From NCBI GenBank assembly GCA_963693095.2, contig OY843768.1, forward strand, positions 800,001-864,000: 64,000 nt of DNA, read 5' to 3'. Shown here piece by piece: positions 28,396 through 38,013 of the stretch (position 1 is the stretch's first letter; each line of letters begins with the position of its first letter). The position numbers were made by a program, and so were the translations under genes. The DNA comes from Cenarchaeum sp. (lineage in GTDB: Archaea > Thermoproteota > Nitrososphaeria > Nitrososphaerales > Nitrosopumilaceae). The notes under the pieces are model-generated. The model did no database searches, had not been told where the DNA came from, and saw only the letters and a list, made by a program, of their open reading frames with translations.

Positions 28396-29622
28396 CTATT
28401 TCTTTTCCCAGCCCTTTGGCATAGAGCCGCGCGTCGTGTCCGGCTCGGTGAGCTCCGGCGAGGACGACGAGCCAGAGTCATAGTCAGAGCGGAGCTGTGA
28501 CTCTCCCCTGTTCGTCTGGTATCCGCCGGCAGCCGTGCTAGTCGCCGACGCCTGGAGGTTTGACGGGTCAATGCCAGTCTGCGTTGCGCCCTTTTCCTTC
28601 TTTAGCTGCCGGCTGCTGATAAAGAAGAACATTCCGGCGCCGACTGCGGCCATTGCGGCCATGCCATACACGATAAACACGGGGAAGTCCCCTGTTGCGG
28701 TGGTCGTTCCGATCGGGTCGCCAAACGAAAAGCCGAGCGTCTCGAGGTCATCGAGTGAGGATATTGACGTATAGCCGACGACGGCAGTCTCGGCTATGTC
28801 GATGGTGTTTATCGTGCGTATATAGTACTCGCGATCTAGCGTAAAGGGCATGTTGATGAGCTCGTCAGTCTTGCGACCCTCGCGTATGCTGCTCTCGCCA
28901 AGCGTGTACTTTGAGATGACCTTGCCGGCGATATCCTCGCTGAGCCCAAACTGGTTGGCGTCTATGCTGATTCCCGTGGGGTCAACGAGAAAGTGCCACA
29001 CGTCGAGCGGATCAGAAAAGCCCTCTGCCTGCATGAGGCTCTCGGAGAGCAAGTCGCCGGCCACACTGCCCTCTATTGCGGCATAGACGCCGGGAGAGTT
29101 GTCCTCAATCGCCGCAATCGGCGTGTTGACGTCAATGCCGTCGACGACGATCGGGCCGGCGATGTCAAAGTACCTCCAACCCATGTCGATGATGCCCGGA
29201 TTCCTCGGATCCTCCTCCTTTATGACAAAGTCCACGAGGTCACCGGAGATCAGGAGGTTATAGTTGATGTCAGAGGACTTTTCGCGCTCGACTAGCGATG
29301 CCTTGTAGGCAATTTCGAGCTCAGAGACCTTGACTGTGCTGCGGTTGTCAAGTATGCCGCTGTTGATGCGCTCGGCGAGCTCGATGACGCCGGGATTCCC
29401 AGAGCCGAACCTTTCGTCGATCACCCATTCCTGGCCCGCAAGGAGGCCGGCGAGCTCGCCCTGTGAGTCATGGCGTATCGTGAACGTCTGGAGGTAGCTG
29501 AGCGTAAAGGTCGCCTCGTTGTCCTGAGGATCGATAAAGGCCGTGAGAGTCGCGCCCCAGGCAGACGGAACCATGACCATGAGGGATGCCACGAGTGCAA
29601 CGGGCACCGCCACGCTGTTCAT
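28396..29622 (-). CDS. Exported protein with signal peptide and C-terminal TM anchor
   Basis: MNSVAVPVALVASLMVMVPSAWG; TM segment FPVFIVYGMAAMAAVGAGMFFFI followed by basic residues. Confidence 0.8.
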   Translation of the reverse strand: MNSVAVPVALVASLMVMVPSAWGATLTAFIDPQDNEATFTLSYLQTFTIRHDSQGELAGLLAGQEWVIDERFGSGNPGVIELAERINSGILDNRSTVKVSELEIAYKASLVEREKSSDINYNLLISGDLVDFVIKEEDPRNPGIIDMGWRYFDIAGPIVVDGIDVNTPIAAIEDNSPGVYAAIEGSVAGDLLSESLMQAEGFSDPLDVWHFLVDPTGISIDANQFGLSEDIAGKVISKYTLGESSIREGRKTDELINMPFTLDREYYIRTINTIDIAETAVVGYTSISSLDDLETLGFSFGDPIGTTTATGDFPVFIVYGMAAMAAVGAGMFFFISSRQLKKEKGATQTGIDPSNLQASATSTAAGGYQTNRGESQLRSDYDSGSSSSPELTEPDTTRGSMPKGWEKK

Positions 29623-29735
29623 CGGGTCTCGCGCGCGTGCGTGCGCTAATAAACCTTGTTGGGCGCTGCCGGCCCTGAAAAGGGTAATATTTGCCCGTGC
29701 GGCGCGCCTGCCCGTTCTAGGAGCGTGAAGGACAC

Positions 29736-30653
29736 ACGATAACGGTACTTGCAGGTGGCACGGGATCAATAAAGCTCGTACGGGGTCTTGCCGCATGCGA
29801 GAGCGACGTCAATGTCGTGTGCAACGTGGGCGACAACCTGTGGATGTACGACATGTACATCTGCCCTGACATCGACACCACCGTGTACGGCCTAGCCGAC
29901 CTCCTCGACCGTGACAAGGGATGGGGAATCCGAAAGGACTCGTTCAACTTTTTGCGCCAGATGGAGGCCTTTGGGGAGGAGACGTGGTTCCGCATAGGCG
30001 ACCGCGATGCGGCGACGCACCTGATGAGGACGAACATGCTAAAGAACGGCAAGAACCTCAGCGAGATAACGAGGTGGATGTGCGGCAGGTTTGCGATAAA
30101 CGTCAATGTCATGCCGTCCACTGACAGCAAGGTCGAGACGATAATATCTACCAAAAAGGGCGACATGCACATACAAGAGTACTGGGTAAAGCACAGGGGG
30201 CGCGAGCCCGTAACGGGCATACGCTATGACGGGGCCGATAGGGCGCGCCCAAACCCCGAGGTCAGCCGCGCAATACAGGACTCTGATCTTGTCGTCATTG
30301 CCCCCGGAAACCCGCTGACTAGCATTGGGCCAATACTAAAGCTGCAGGCAATACGGAAGGACCTGGCACGCGCGCGAAAAAAGACAATTGCCGTGAGCCC
30401 CATCGTCGGCAACGAGGCCGTGAGCGGACCGGCCGCAAAGTACATGGAGGCGGCCGGAATAGAGGTCAGCGCACTCGGCGTCGCAAAAATGTACGCGCAT
30501 GCGTGCTCGTCAATAGTCGTCGACACAAAGGACAAGGCACTTGTCAACAAGATGTCCAATATTGACATGACCGTGCATACCGCAAAGATAGTGATGAAGA
30601 ACAGGCAGGCCGAGAATGCCCTGGCGGCGTTTGTCCTAAAGCAGGCGCGCTAG
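29736..30653 (+). CDS. cofD: 2-phospho-L-lactate transferase (F420 biosynthesis); start codon apparently non-canonical
   Basis: ITVLAGGTGSIKLVRG, NVGDN, ICPDIDT, WFRIGDRD.ATH, PGNPLTSIGP. Confidence 0.92.
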   Translation, partial: TITVLAGGTGSIKLVRGLAACESDVNVVCNVGDNLWMYDMYICPDIDTTVYGLADLLDRDKGWGIRKDSFNFLRQMEAFGEETWFRIGDRDAATHLMRTNMLKNGKNLSEITRWMCGRFAINVNVMPSTDSKVETIISTKKGDMHIQEYWVKHRGREPVTGIRYDGADRARPNPEVSRAIQDSDLVVIAPGNPLTSIGPILKLQAIRKDLARARKKTIAVSPIVGNEAVSGPAAKYMEAAGIEVSALGVAKMYAHACSSIVVDTKDKALVNKMSNIDMTVHTAKIVMKNRQAENALAAFVLKQAR

Positions 30654-30659
30654 GGCGCA

Positions 30660-31289
30660 ATGGACGCCGTGGCAATCATACCAGTAAAGTCATTCGCGCA
30701 CGCAAAGTCCCGGCTAGACGCCGGCCGTGCGGCACGTGAGGCAGTGTGCGAGACAATGCTCAAAGCTGTACTAGACGCCGCCGTCTCCTCGCAGGTGTCA
30801 GCAACAGTCGTCGTCACCAGAGACGCGCGTGCGGCGTCTGTCGCATCAAGGGCAGGTGCCGAGGTCATCGACGAGCCGCGCGAGGCCGGCGTCAATGTGG
30901 CAGTATCGCTTGCTGACGACGTGGCCGGCGACTATGGGTCATCGCTAGTCATCCCGCAGGACATACCCCTCGTGGAGGCCGGCGACATTGGCGCGATTCT
31001 GCGCCTGGCCCCGCAAAAGGGAACCCTCGTGGTGCCCTCGAGGCGCCTTGATGGGACCAACGCCCTTGTGCGCTCGCCTCCGTGCGCGCACGAGACGCAC
31101 TATGACGAGGACAGCCACAGGATACACGTGGCGACTGCCCAGGCGGCGGGCCTGCGCACGACGCTTGCCATGGTCCGCAGGGCAATGCTTGATGTCGACA
31201 CGCGCGAGGACCTCGACTATGTCATTGCGCAGCCAGACAAGCCATCACTATCTGAGAGCCTCCGCGCGGCCCTAGGCGCCCGAGATTAG
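30660..31289 (+). CDS. cofC: 2-phospho-L-lactate/PEP guanylyltransferase
   Basis: AIIPVK....KSRL, DIP, GTNAL, LDVDT.EDL. Confidence 0.92.
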   Translation: MDAVAIIPVKSFAHAKSRLDAGRAAREAVCETMLKAVLDAAVSSQVSATVVVTRDARAASVASRAGAEVIDEPREAGVNVAVSLADDVAGDYGSSLVIPQDIPLVEAGDIGAILRLAPQKGTLVVPSRRLDGTNALVRSPPCAHETHYDEDSHRIHVATAQAAGLRTTLAMVRRAMLDVDTREDLDYVIAQPDKPSLSESLRAALGARD

Positions 31290-32372
31290 CGCATCGCACG
31301 CCTTGCGCGCGTCCTGGTCGCCCATCTGGCGCGGCGGGTGCTTCATGAGGTACGCGCACGCCTCGTGAACCGGCCCCCCAATCCCGCGCTCAAGGGCAAG
31401 CTTTGCGAGGCGGATCGCGTCAATCACAATGCCTGCCGAGTTGGCCTTGTCATCGACATCGAGGCGAACCTCCATGTTGTATGGGATGTTTGCCCATTGC
31501 CGACCCTCTATTCGCATAAACATGAGCTTTGTGTTGCCAAGAAACGGTATAAAGTCAGACGGCCCGACGTATATGCTGTCATCGTCCAGCCTCTCGTCGA
31601 GCTGGCTCTGGACGCTCTCGGTCTTTGAGATTCGCTTGCTCACGAGGCGATCCTGCTCCTTCATGTTCAAAAAGTCGGTGTTGCCACCAACGTTGATCTG
31701 GTATGTCTTTTCTATCTTTGTCCCGCGGTCATTGCAGAGCTTTGCGAGCGTGCGATGGACGATCGTTGCGCCAACCTGCCCCTTGATGTCATCGCCGATA
31801 ACGGGCACGCCGGCATCGGTAAACTTTTTTGCCCATGTCTCGTCTGATGCGATAAACGACGGGATGCAGTTGACAAACGCCGTCTTTGTGTCAAGGCACG
31901 CCTGCGCCCAGAACTTTGTGGCCTCCTCAGAGCCCACAGGGAGGTATGACACGAGAACATCGGCCCCTGTCTCGCGCAGTATCCTTCTTGCCGTCTCGCC
32001 AAGCTCCTCCACGCTTGAATCGCTCTTGATCGGGTTTATGCGGTTGTGGACCCATATGCCAACACCGTCAAGCGCGGGGGCCTCGTGGACCGTCGCGCTC
32101 GTCTTGGGCATCTCGTCCTTGGGTATCCAGGTGACCATGTTTGGCTTGGAGTATATGGCATCGTTTATCGTCGAGCCGACCTTGTTGTCCCCCACATCAA
32201 AGCCGCACACAAACTCAATGTCGTGAATGCCGCGTCCGGCGATCCTGTCGTGGATTATGCCAATGACCTCCTGCGAGGGGTTGCGCCGATAGTACTCTAT
32301 TCCCTGTATGAGGCCCGCAAAGCAGTTTCCAATGCCCACGAGGGCAACCTTGATCTTGTCTGCCAATGGCAA
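31272..32372 (-). CDS. ino1: Myo-inositol-1-phosphate synthase
   Basis: VGIGNC, SYLPVGS, GDDIKGQVGATIVHR, NVGGNTDFLN, SKTESV. Confidence 0.95.
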   Translation of the reverse strand: MPLADKIKVALVGIGNCFAGLIQGIEYYRRNPSQEVIGIIHDRIAGRGIHDIEFVCGFDVGDNKVGSTINDAIYSKPNMVTWIPKDEMPKTSATVHEAPALDGVGIWVHNRINPIKSDSSVEELGETARRILRETGADVLVSYLPVGSEEATKFWAQACLDTKTAFVNCIPSFIASDETWAKKFTDAGVPVIGDDIKGQVGATIVHRTLAKLCNDRGTKIEKTYQINVGGNTDFLNMKEQDRLVSKRISKTESVQSQLDERLDDDSIYVGPSDFIPFLGNTKLMFMRIEGRQWANIPYNMEVRLDVDDKANSAGIVIDAIRLAKLALERGIGGPVHEACAYLMKHPPRQMGDQDARKACDALISGA

Positions 32373-32413
32373 CGGTGGGACGCTAGGCTCAATTTAAGTT
32401 GTGGGCCCGTGCG

Positions 32414-32462
32414 CAGCAGTTGGCCATGTGCTCGGGGCGGGCACAAAATTGCCCGAGGCCGC
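32414..32462 (+). repeat. Degenerate remnant of the left end of the 10.3/11.3-kb MITE-like element
   Basis: CAGCAGTTGGCCATGTGCTCGGGGCGGGCACAAAA versus CAGTAGTTGGTCATGTGCTCGGGGAGGGCACAAAA (3 mismatches in 35). Confidence 0.8.
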
Positions 32463-32624
32463 TGCCGTGCCGGCCACATCGAACGGATCACCACGGAAAC
32501 GGCATCTCGGCCACGCGGCAAGCAATGGCAGCCGTGCCGGAGCTCAGGCCCCGCGTCGGCTCGCGTGCGCCCTGGGCCGCCACCCTAGTCAGGGTTTTAT
32601 TACCGGCGCCCGCGTGGCGCGCGT

Positions 32625-33578
32625 ATGGTTGAGCTCGGCGCTGCCGTCAGGGACATTGACATACGCGCCAACTCGTCACCGGCGGGGATAATATCAGAGA
32701 TGGCCGGCTCGGGCGGATTCGAGTCCATAAACATGGCCGCCGGACTAGACATACTCTACGAGATGGAATCAGACGACGAGTGCCTAAAGTTCCTCTCGTT
32801 TGTGGGCGCGACAATGTCGACGGGACTGCGCGGAATCATGCGCGACATGGCAAAGAGGCGCATGTTTGACGTCATTGTCACGACGTGCGGCGCGCTGGAC
32901 CATGACCTTGCGCGCTCGTTTGCCGACTATAACGCCGGCTCGTTCACGATGGACGATTCAGAGCTCGCAGGCCAGGACATACATCGCCTGGGCAGCGTTC
33001 TTGTGCCCTCGACAAGCTATGGCACGCTCATCGAGAAAAAGATGCAAGAGTTCCTGGCAGCAGAGTACGACTCGGGCACGCGCTCTGTCTCCACGGCAGA
33101 CGTGACCAGGATAATCGGCGAGCACACAGGCGAGGACTCGTTCCTGCACTGGGCAGCAAAGAACGGCATACCCGTGATCGTGCCGGGAATAATGGACGGT
33201 GCTGTCGGCAGCCAGGTCTGGACGTTCTGCCAGGGGCATGCGGGCTTTGGCCTTGACATAGTGCGAGACTCGGAAACGCTCTCTGGCCTGGTCTTTGGCG
33301 CCAAAAAGTCCGGCGCGCTCATGGTCGGCGGCGGGATCTCAAAGCACCACACGCTATGGTGGAACCAGTACCGCGGCGGCCTCGACTATGCGCTCTACGT
33401 GACTACGGCCGATGAGCACGACGGCAGCCTGAGCGGCGCGCCGGTCAGGGAGGCCGTGTCGTGGGGAAAGGTCGCAAGGGGGGCGCGGCAGGCGACGCTG
33501 CGGGCCGAGGCCACAGTGGCCCTGCCGTTTCTCTATGCGGCCCTCCTCGAGCGCATGGAAGGCAGCCATAACGGGTGA
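32625..33578 (+). CDS. dys: Deoxyhypusine synthase
   Basis: STGLRG, GGGISKHH, DGSLSGAP.REAVSWGK. Confidence 0.95.
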   Translation: MVELGAAVRDIDIRANSSPAGIISEMAGSGGFESINMAAGLDILYEMESDDECLKFLSFVGATMSTGLRGIMRDMAKRRMFDVIVTTCGALDHDLARSFADYNAGSFTMDDSELAGQDIHRLGSVLVPSTSYGTLIEKKMQEFLAAEYDSGTRSVSTADVTRIIGEHTGEDSFLHWAAKNGIPVIVPGIMDGAVGSQVWTFCQGHAGFGLDIVRDSETLSGLVFGAKKSGALMVGGGISKHHTLWWNQYRGGLDYALYVTTADEHDGSLSGAPVREAVSWGKVARGARQATLRAEATVALPFLYAALLERMEGSHNG

Positions 33579-33599
33579 AATACTATTATTGTTGGCCGC

Positions 33600-34331
33600 T
33601 TGCGGCGGCTCACGAACCAGAGATACCACATAAACGAGCTAGAGGCCATAGACATCGAGGGCGGCTACCTCATAGACGGGTTTCCCTCAACGGGCCACAC
33701 CAGCGCAATCGCCTCGGCATCGCTCATAAACACGATGAAGTTCACCCCCGTCGCCACGATCGACTCGGACAAGTTTCCGCCGGTGAGCATGGTCCAGGAC
33801 TCGCGGCCCCTGCACCCAACGCGCGTGTTTGCCAGCGGCAAGCTAAAGGTCGCCGTCTTTTCGTCATATCTCTCGCTTCCGGCCTCTGAGCACAAGTCCA
33901 TAGCGCGCATGATGCTCAGGTGGGCGCGCGACCACAAGGTCTCATGGATAATCAGCAGCGTTGCAGTCGGCACGCAGATGCCGGAGGGAAAGATGATGGC
34001 AGCAGGCAGCACCGATGATGCGCGAAAAAAGATATCAGAGTCCTCAATGGAGGTGATGGAGACCGGAATGGTGACCGGAATACCCGGATCACTGCTCAAC
34101 TATGGCGCGCTCAACGGCCAGAACGTCATCGTCGTGCTCTTCAACCCCACGAACGAGGGCGCAGACTATCGTGCCGGCGCGCTCCTGTGCACGGCAATGT
34201 CACGCCTCGTGCCCGGCACGTCATGCGACATTGCGACGCTGCAGGCCGAGGCCGAAAAGGCCGAGACTGCAATTCGCGAGGCCGAGACTGAGGCCGGCGA
34301 GGGCGTCCTAAAGCGCGGAATGTACGGCTAG
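33600..34331 (+). CDS. PAC2 family proteasome assembly chaperone
   Basis: LIDGFPSTG, FPPVS, G.VTGIPG.LL, C-terminal MYG (HbYX-like). Confidence 0.88.
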   Translation: MRRLTNQRYHINELEAIDIEGGYLIDGFPSTGHTSAIASASLINTMKFTPVATIDSDKFPPVSMVQDSRPLHPTRVFASGKLKVAVFSSYLSLPASEHKSIARMMLRWARDHKVSWIISSVAVGTQMPEGKMMAAGSTDDARKKISESSMEVMETGMVTGIPGSLLNYGALNGQNVIVVLFNPTNEGADYRAGALLCTAMSRLVPGTSCDIATLQAEAEKAETAIREAETEAGEGVLKRGMYG

Positions 34332-34334
34332 GCA

Positions 34335-34970
34335 TTGGAAGCCCTAGTGCCCTTTGCGGCAACCGTTGCAGCCGTGTCCGTCTCTGGCGCGCTCGCGCCC
34401 GGACCGCTCCTTGCAGCCGGCATCGCACTTGGAATGCGCGGCGGCGGCATGCGTGCCGGAGTCCTTCTTGCGATCGGCCATGCGGCAGTCGAGCTGCCCC
34501 TAGTCATTGCGCTCGGTGCGGGAATCATGCCGCTCGGGTCAGTGGCCGGCGCGCACGCCACAGTCTCGGCGCTTGGTGCCGCAGGCCTCTTTGCGTTTGC
34601 CGCCATCCATGCCCGCAGCACCCTCGGTTCGCGCAGGCGCGCGACAGGCCAGTACCTCACCGGCACGCGCGGCGCGCTAGTTACAGGGGCTGCGCTAAGT
34701 GCGATCAACCCGTTCTTTTGGGCATGGTGGGCAACTGTTGGCCTAAAGCTCGTCACTGACTCTACGGACATACTCTCCTCATGGGGCCCGCCCGCACTCT
34801 TTGCGCTGCACATACCCATGGACATTGTGTGGCTCGCAGTAGTTGCCGCGCTGGCACGGAGGGGCTCGACTGTGATGCAGGGGCGCGTGCGCCGCGCAAC
34901 AGACATTGCGCTAGTTGCGACAATGGCCGGAATCGGGGTGCTCTTTGCGCTAGAGGCTATACGCGCCTAG
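34335..34970 (+). CDS. LysE family translocator
   Basis: SGALAPGPL, GH..VE, NPFF..WW. Confidence 0.88.
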   Translation: MEALVPFAATVAAVSVSGALAPGPLLAAGIALGMRGGGMRAGVLLAIGHAAVELPLVIALGAGIMPLGSVAGAHATVSALGAAGLFAFAAIHARSTLGSRRRATGQYLTGTRGALVTGAALSAINPFFWAWWATVGLKLVTDSTDILSSWGPPALFALHIPMDIVWLAVVAALARRGSTVMQGRVRRATDIALVATMAGIGVLFALEAIRA

Positions 34971-35551
34971 GACTTTATGATGTCAATCTCCATTGTGGAG
35001 ATTTTGCGGTTTCGTCCGTCCTCGCCGGTAAAGCTGTCCGAGGCGATTCGAACGTCAGATATCTGGTATCCGACAGTGTTCATCCTCTTTACAATCATCT
35101 GCGAGACGTCCACGGCCTGCGTTATGCGCTTTCCGCGCGCCTTTATCGTTATCTTTGGGAGCGTGGCAAGCTGCGTGAGCGTTGCCGTGACATATGTCAT
35201 GATCGGCTTTATGCCGATGAGCACAACGCTCCTGTCGCGTGGCTCGTTGTCCTGCTTTTGGCCCTCGCCCTCTTTCGCGCCGTCTGCGCCATGGCTATCG
35301 CCATGGCCCTCACCATGGCTGTCATGGCCGCCCTCGGGCCTGTCTCCGGACTTGCCTGACGCGCCGTCACCCTCGCATGAGCCGCCCTCGCCGTGGCAAC
35401 CGCACGAGTCACTCGAACCCGAGCTGGCCGCACCTTCGGGATGCATCTCTAGGGGGCGTTCGGGTGTCGTGCTCGGCGAGGCCTCAGCGCCATCTGATCC
35501 CGATGACGTGTACTCGCTGTAAACGCGTGCTGCGTCGCTGTCTGCGCTCAT
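34967..35551 (-). CDS. albA: Alba DNA/RNA-binding protein with a long acidic His/Cys-containing N-terminal extension
   Basis: VLIGIKPIMTYV, IKARGKRITQAVDV, ISTMEI; TTATTAA about 26 bp upstream of ATG 35551. Confidence 0.88.
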   Translation of the reverse strand: MSADSDAARVYSEYTSSGSDGAEASPSTTPERPLEMHPEGAASSGSSDSCGCHGEGGSCEGDGASGKSGDRPEGGHDSHGEGHGDSHGADGAKEGEGQKQDNEPRDRSVVLIGIKPIMTYVTATLTQLATLPKITIKARGKRITQAVDVSQMIVKRMNTVGYQISDVRIASDSFTGEDGRNRKISTMEIDIIKS

Positions 35552-35827
35552 TGTGGCATCACTCGGATCCTGTTGGTTAATAACCCTATTCATGCCCCCC
35601 TCGCCCATGCGCTCTAGCAGGCGCGAGGCCTCCTCATAGGTCGGACACGAGCGAACGGCCTTGAGCAGGCTCTCGTCATCAACCTCATAGCAGTGCATTA
35701 TCTCCTGCGCGTCGCGATACACCAGCATGAGCCGGCCTCCGGCAATGCAGTGGTATAGCGTGTCAGTCTCCATGAGCTCGGGCCTGACCTTCATTCCGCC
35801 CTCGCCGGCAGAGACCGCCCTCTCCAT
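35552..35827 (-). CDS. Small hypothetical domain in frame with, and lacking a stop before, Alba
   Basis: LYHCI....MLVYRD.QEIMHCYEV; own TATA-like TAAATA near 35851. Confidence 0.6.
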
Positions 35828-35947
35828 GGGGGGCAGCGGTGCGGGGGGGCTATTTAGCCCAACACCCCATGTGGCCACGGGGGCAGTCCCGCCGACCCCG
35901 TGCGCGCCAGCGAGATATATGGCCCGTGTGCGGGCCGCTGCGCGCAG

Positions 35948-37039
35948 ATGGAGAGAATAGTCATGCACGTGGACTTTGACCATTTCTACGCACAGTGCGA
36001 GGAGACGCGCAGGCCTTCCCTTTGCGCAGTCCCGCTCGTCGTCTGCGTCTTTTCCGGGAGGGGTGGGGACAGTGGCGCAGTCGCGACGGCAAACTATGTG
36101 GCACGCGAGCATGGCGTAAAGTCCGGCATGTCGATAAGCCTGGCCCGCAGGCGCCTAGAGGACGTGCCAGAGGCCGAGTTTTTGCCAGTTGACTTTGGGT
36201 TTTATGGCGACATCTCGGAGCGCGCGATGGAGATAATCAGGGGACATGCGGACATATTCGAGTATGTCGGGCGTGATGAGGCATACCTGGACGTGACGCA
36301 GAGGACATCGGGGAGCTATGACACTGCGCGGCACATAGCGCAGCAGGTAAAGAACGACGTGCGCGCAGGCGTGTCACTCACATGCTCGATAGGGGTGGCG
36401 CCAAACAGGCTAGTCGCAAAGATTGCGTCTGACCACCAAAAGCCCGATGGCCTCACGGTTGTGACGCCAGGGACAGTGGAGGAGTTCATGGGACCGATGG
36501 GCGTGCGCAAGATACCCGGCCTAGGCAAGAGGGCAGAGGAGTCACTGGTATCAAACGGGCTAGAGACAGTAGCGGACATTCGCGAGCGCGACGTCTTTTC
36601 GCTAGTCGAGGCATATGGGCGGCGCATGGGGACACACCTGCACAACGTGTCAAAGGGAAAGGACGACGAGCCAGTCGCCGAGCGCGGGCCCAACGTCCAG
36701 TACAGCAAGATCTCGACGCTCTCGCGCGACTCGACTGACGCGGCGTTTCTCTCCGCAAGCGTCAGGCCCCTGTGCGAGGGCGTCCACAGGGCCATCACTG
36801 CAGACTCGAGGACGTTTCGTTGCGTGGGGATACAGATCATCCAGGCAAACATGGCAACGAGATCACGATCGACTACGCTTAGGAGCCCAACGTCGTCGCT
36901 ACGCGAGATGGAGCGCGCCGCGCTGTCGCTCCTGCACGAGGCGCTAAAGTCCCAAGAGATCCCCGTGAGGCGCCTGGGGGTCAGGGTGTCTGAGCTCGGG
37001 GAGGCCGGCGGCCAGGCCAGCATGGACGACTATTCCTGA
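35948..37039 (+). CDS. dinB: Y-family DNA polymerase IV (DinB/Dbh)
   Basis: HVDFDHFYAQCE, ATANY.AR, DEAYLD, AKIASD..KPDG. Confidence 0.95.
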   Translation: MERIVMHVDFDHFYAQCEETRRPSLCAVPLVVCVFSGRGGDSGAVATANYVAREHGVKSGMSISLARRRLEDVPEAEFLPVDFGFYGDISERAMEIIRGHADIFEYVGRDEAYLDVTQRTSGSYDTARHIAQQVKNDVRAGVSLTCSIGVAPNRLVAKIASDHQKPDGLTVVTPGTVEEFMGPMGVRKIPGLGKRAEESLVSNGLETVADIRERDVFSLVEAYGRRMGTHLHNVSKGKDDEPVAERGPNVQYSKISTLSRDSTDAAFLSASVRPLCEGVHRAITADSRTFRCVGIQIIQANMATRSRSTTLRSPTSSLREMERAALSLLHEALKSQEIPVRRLGVRVSELGEAGGQASMDDYS

Positions 37040-37980
37040 GCCTGCTCCATCCTGCGCGCGCGGCGCGTCTCGACTGCCATGACGAGCACGATGAACGCAA
37101 AGAGCCATGGCAAGAACATGATCTCACCGGCAACTGAATGGAACTCCTCCCAGCGCTCGGCGTCAGTCGTGACCTTTAGCGCATACCACGACAGGAGGAA
37201 TATCCTAATGACGTTTACGGTGATCGTCCCGACGATGCCGATGGTAAACCATATGGCCTTGCGGTGGGCCGGCACGCGCATCTTTAGGAGAAAGGCCATC
37301 ATCACAAGCGAATAGATGATTATGCTGTGAACGCCGGCTGACGGCCAAAAGACCTGGAGCGCAAAGTGCCCGTGGTCGCCGCTCAGGAACATCATGTTGT
37401 CGCGCGCGTTGGCCACGCCAAGATCAAAGACCCCAACGAGCCACACGTTTAGCTCTACCATGTACGGAACCACGTACTGGAGCGCGCCGAGCTTGTTGTA
37501 TGGAAAGTACGCATCAAGGCCCAGGATTAGCGCGCTGCCGCCAAGAAAGATTGGGCCGGCCGGCGTGAGGCGCAGCCACCTGAGCCCGAGAAGGACGTGG
37601 AGCGTGGCCACGATAAACGCCGTGATTATCGCAATGTCCCACATCCATGCCCATGATGCTGACAGCTCGACTCCGGCGGCCATCGACGTTGAGGCCAGCG
37701 TATCGCGCAGGCCAGACTCGGCTGCCACGATATACGCGATCGCGCCGGCGGCAATGGGCACGCACGCGGCAATGCGGCGCGTGCTGATCGCGACTCGCAG
37801 CATTGCAAGCTCGGCCACGGCAAACGCCACGGCAAAGAGCGCACCGCCGCGTCCCTGGTTCCAGCCAAGCTCAAACGTGTCCGGATATGCCACAAACGCA
37901 AATGCCACGGGTGCGGCGACTAGGGCCATGCCCACGAGCATCATCGAGTTCACCATGCCCACACGACCCCATATGCGCAC
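37030..37980 (-). CDS. Thaumarchaeosortase (exosortase/archaeosortase family)
   Basis: WNQGRGG, VFWPSAGVHS, N.IRI, FHSVAGE; multiple TM segments. Confidence 0.85.
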   Translation of the reverse strand: MRIWGRVGMVNSMMLVGMALVAAPVAFAFVAYPDTFELGWNQGRGGALFAVAFAVAELAMLRVAISTRRIAACVPIAAGAIAYIVAAESGLRDTLASTSMAAGVELSASWAWMWDIAIITAFIVATLHVLLGLRWLRLTPAGPIFLGGSALILGLDAYFPYNKLGALQYVVPYMVELNVWLVGVFDLGVANARDNMMFLSGDHGHFALQVFWPSAGVHSIIIYSLVMMAFLLKMRVPAHRKAIWFTIGIVGTITVNVIRIFLLSWYALKVTTDAERWEEFHSVAGEIMFLPWLFAFIVLVMAVETRRARRMEQAQE

Positions 37981-38013
37981 AAATAAACAGTTCTGTGGGC
38001 GCAGAGCTGCGCC

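Noticed and set aside
28035-28571. ORFs 28035-28571, 28098-28424, 28138-28395 and the 5' half of 27776-28240
   Set aside because: They overlap the RNase P RNA gene and have no protein-like motifs.
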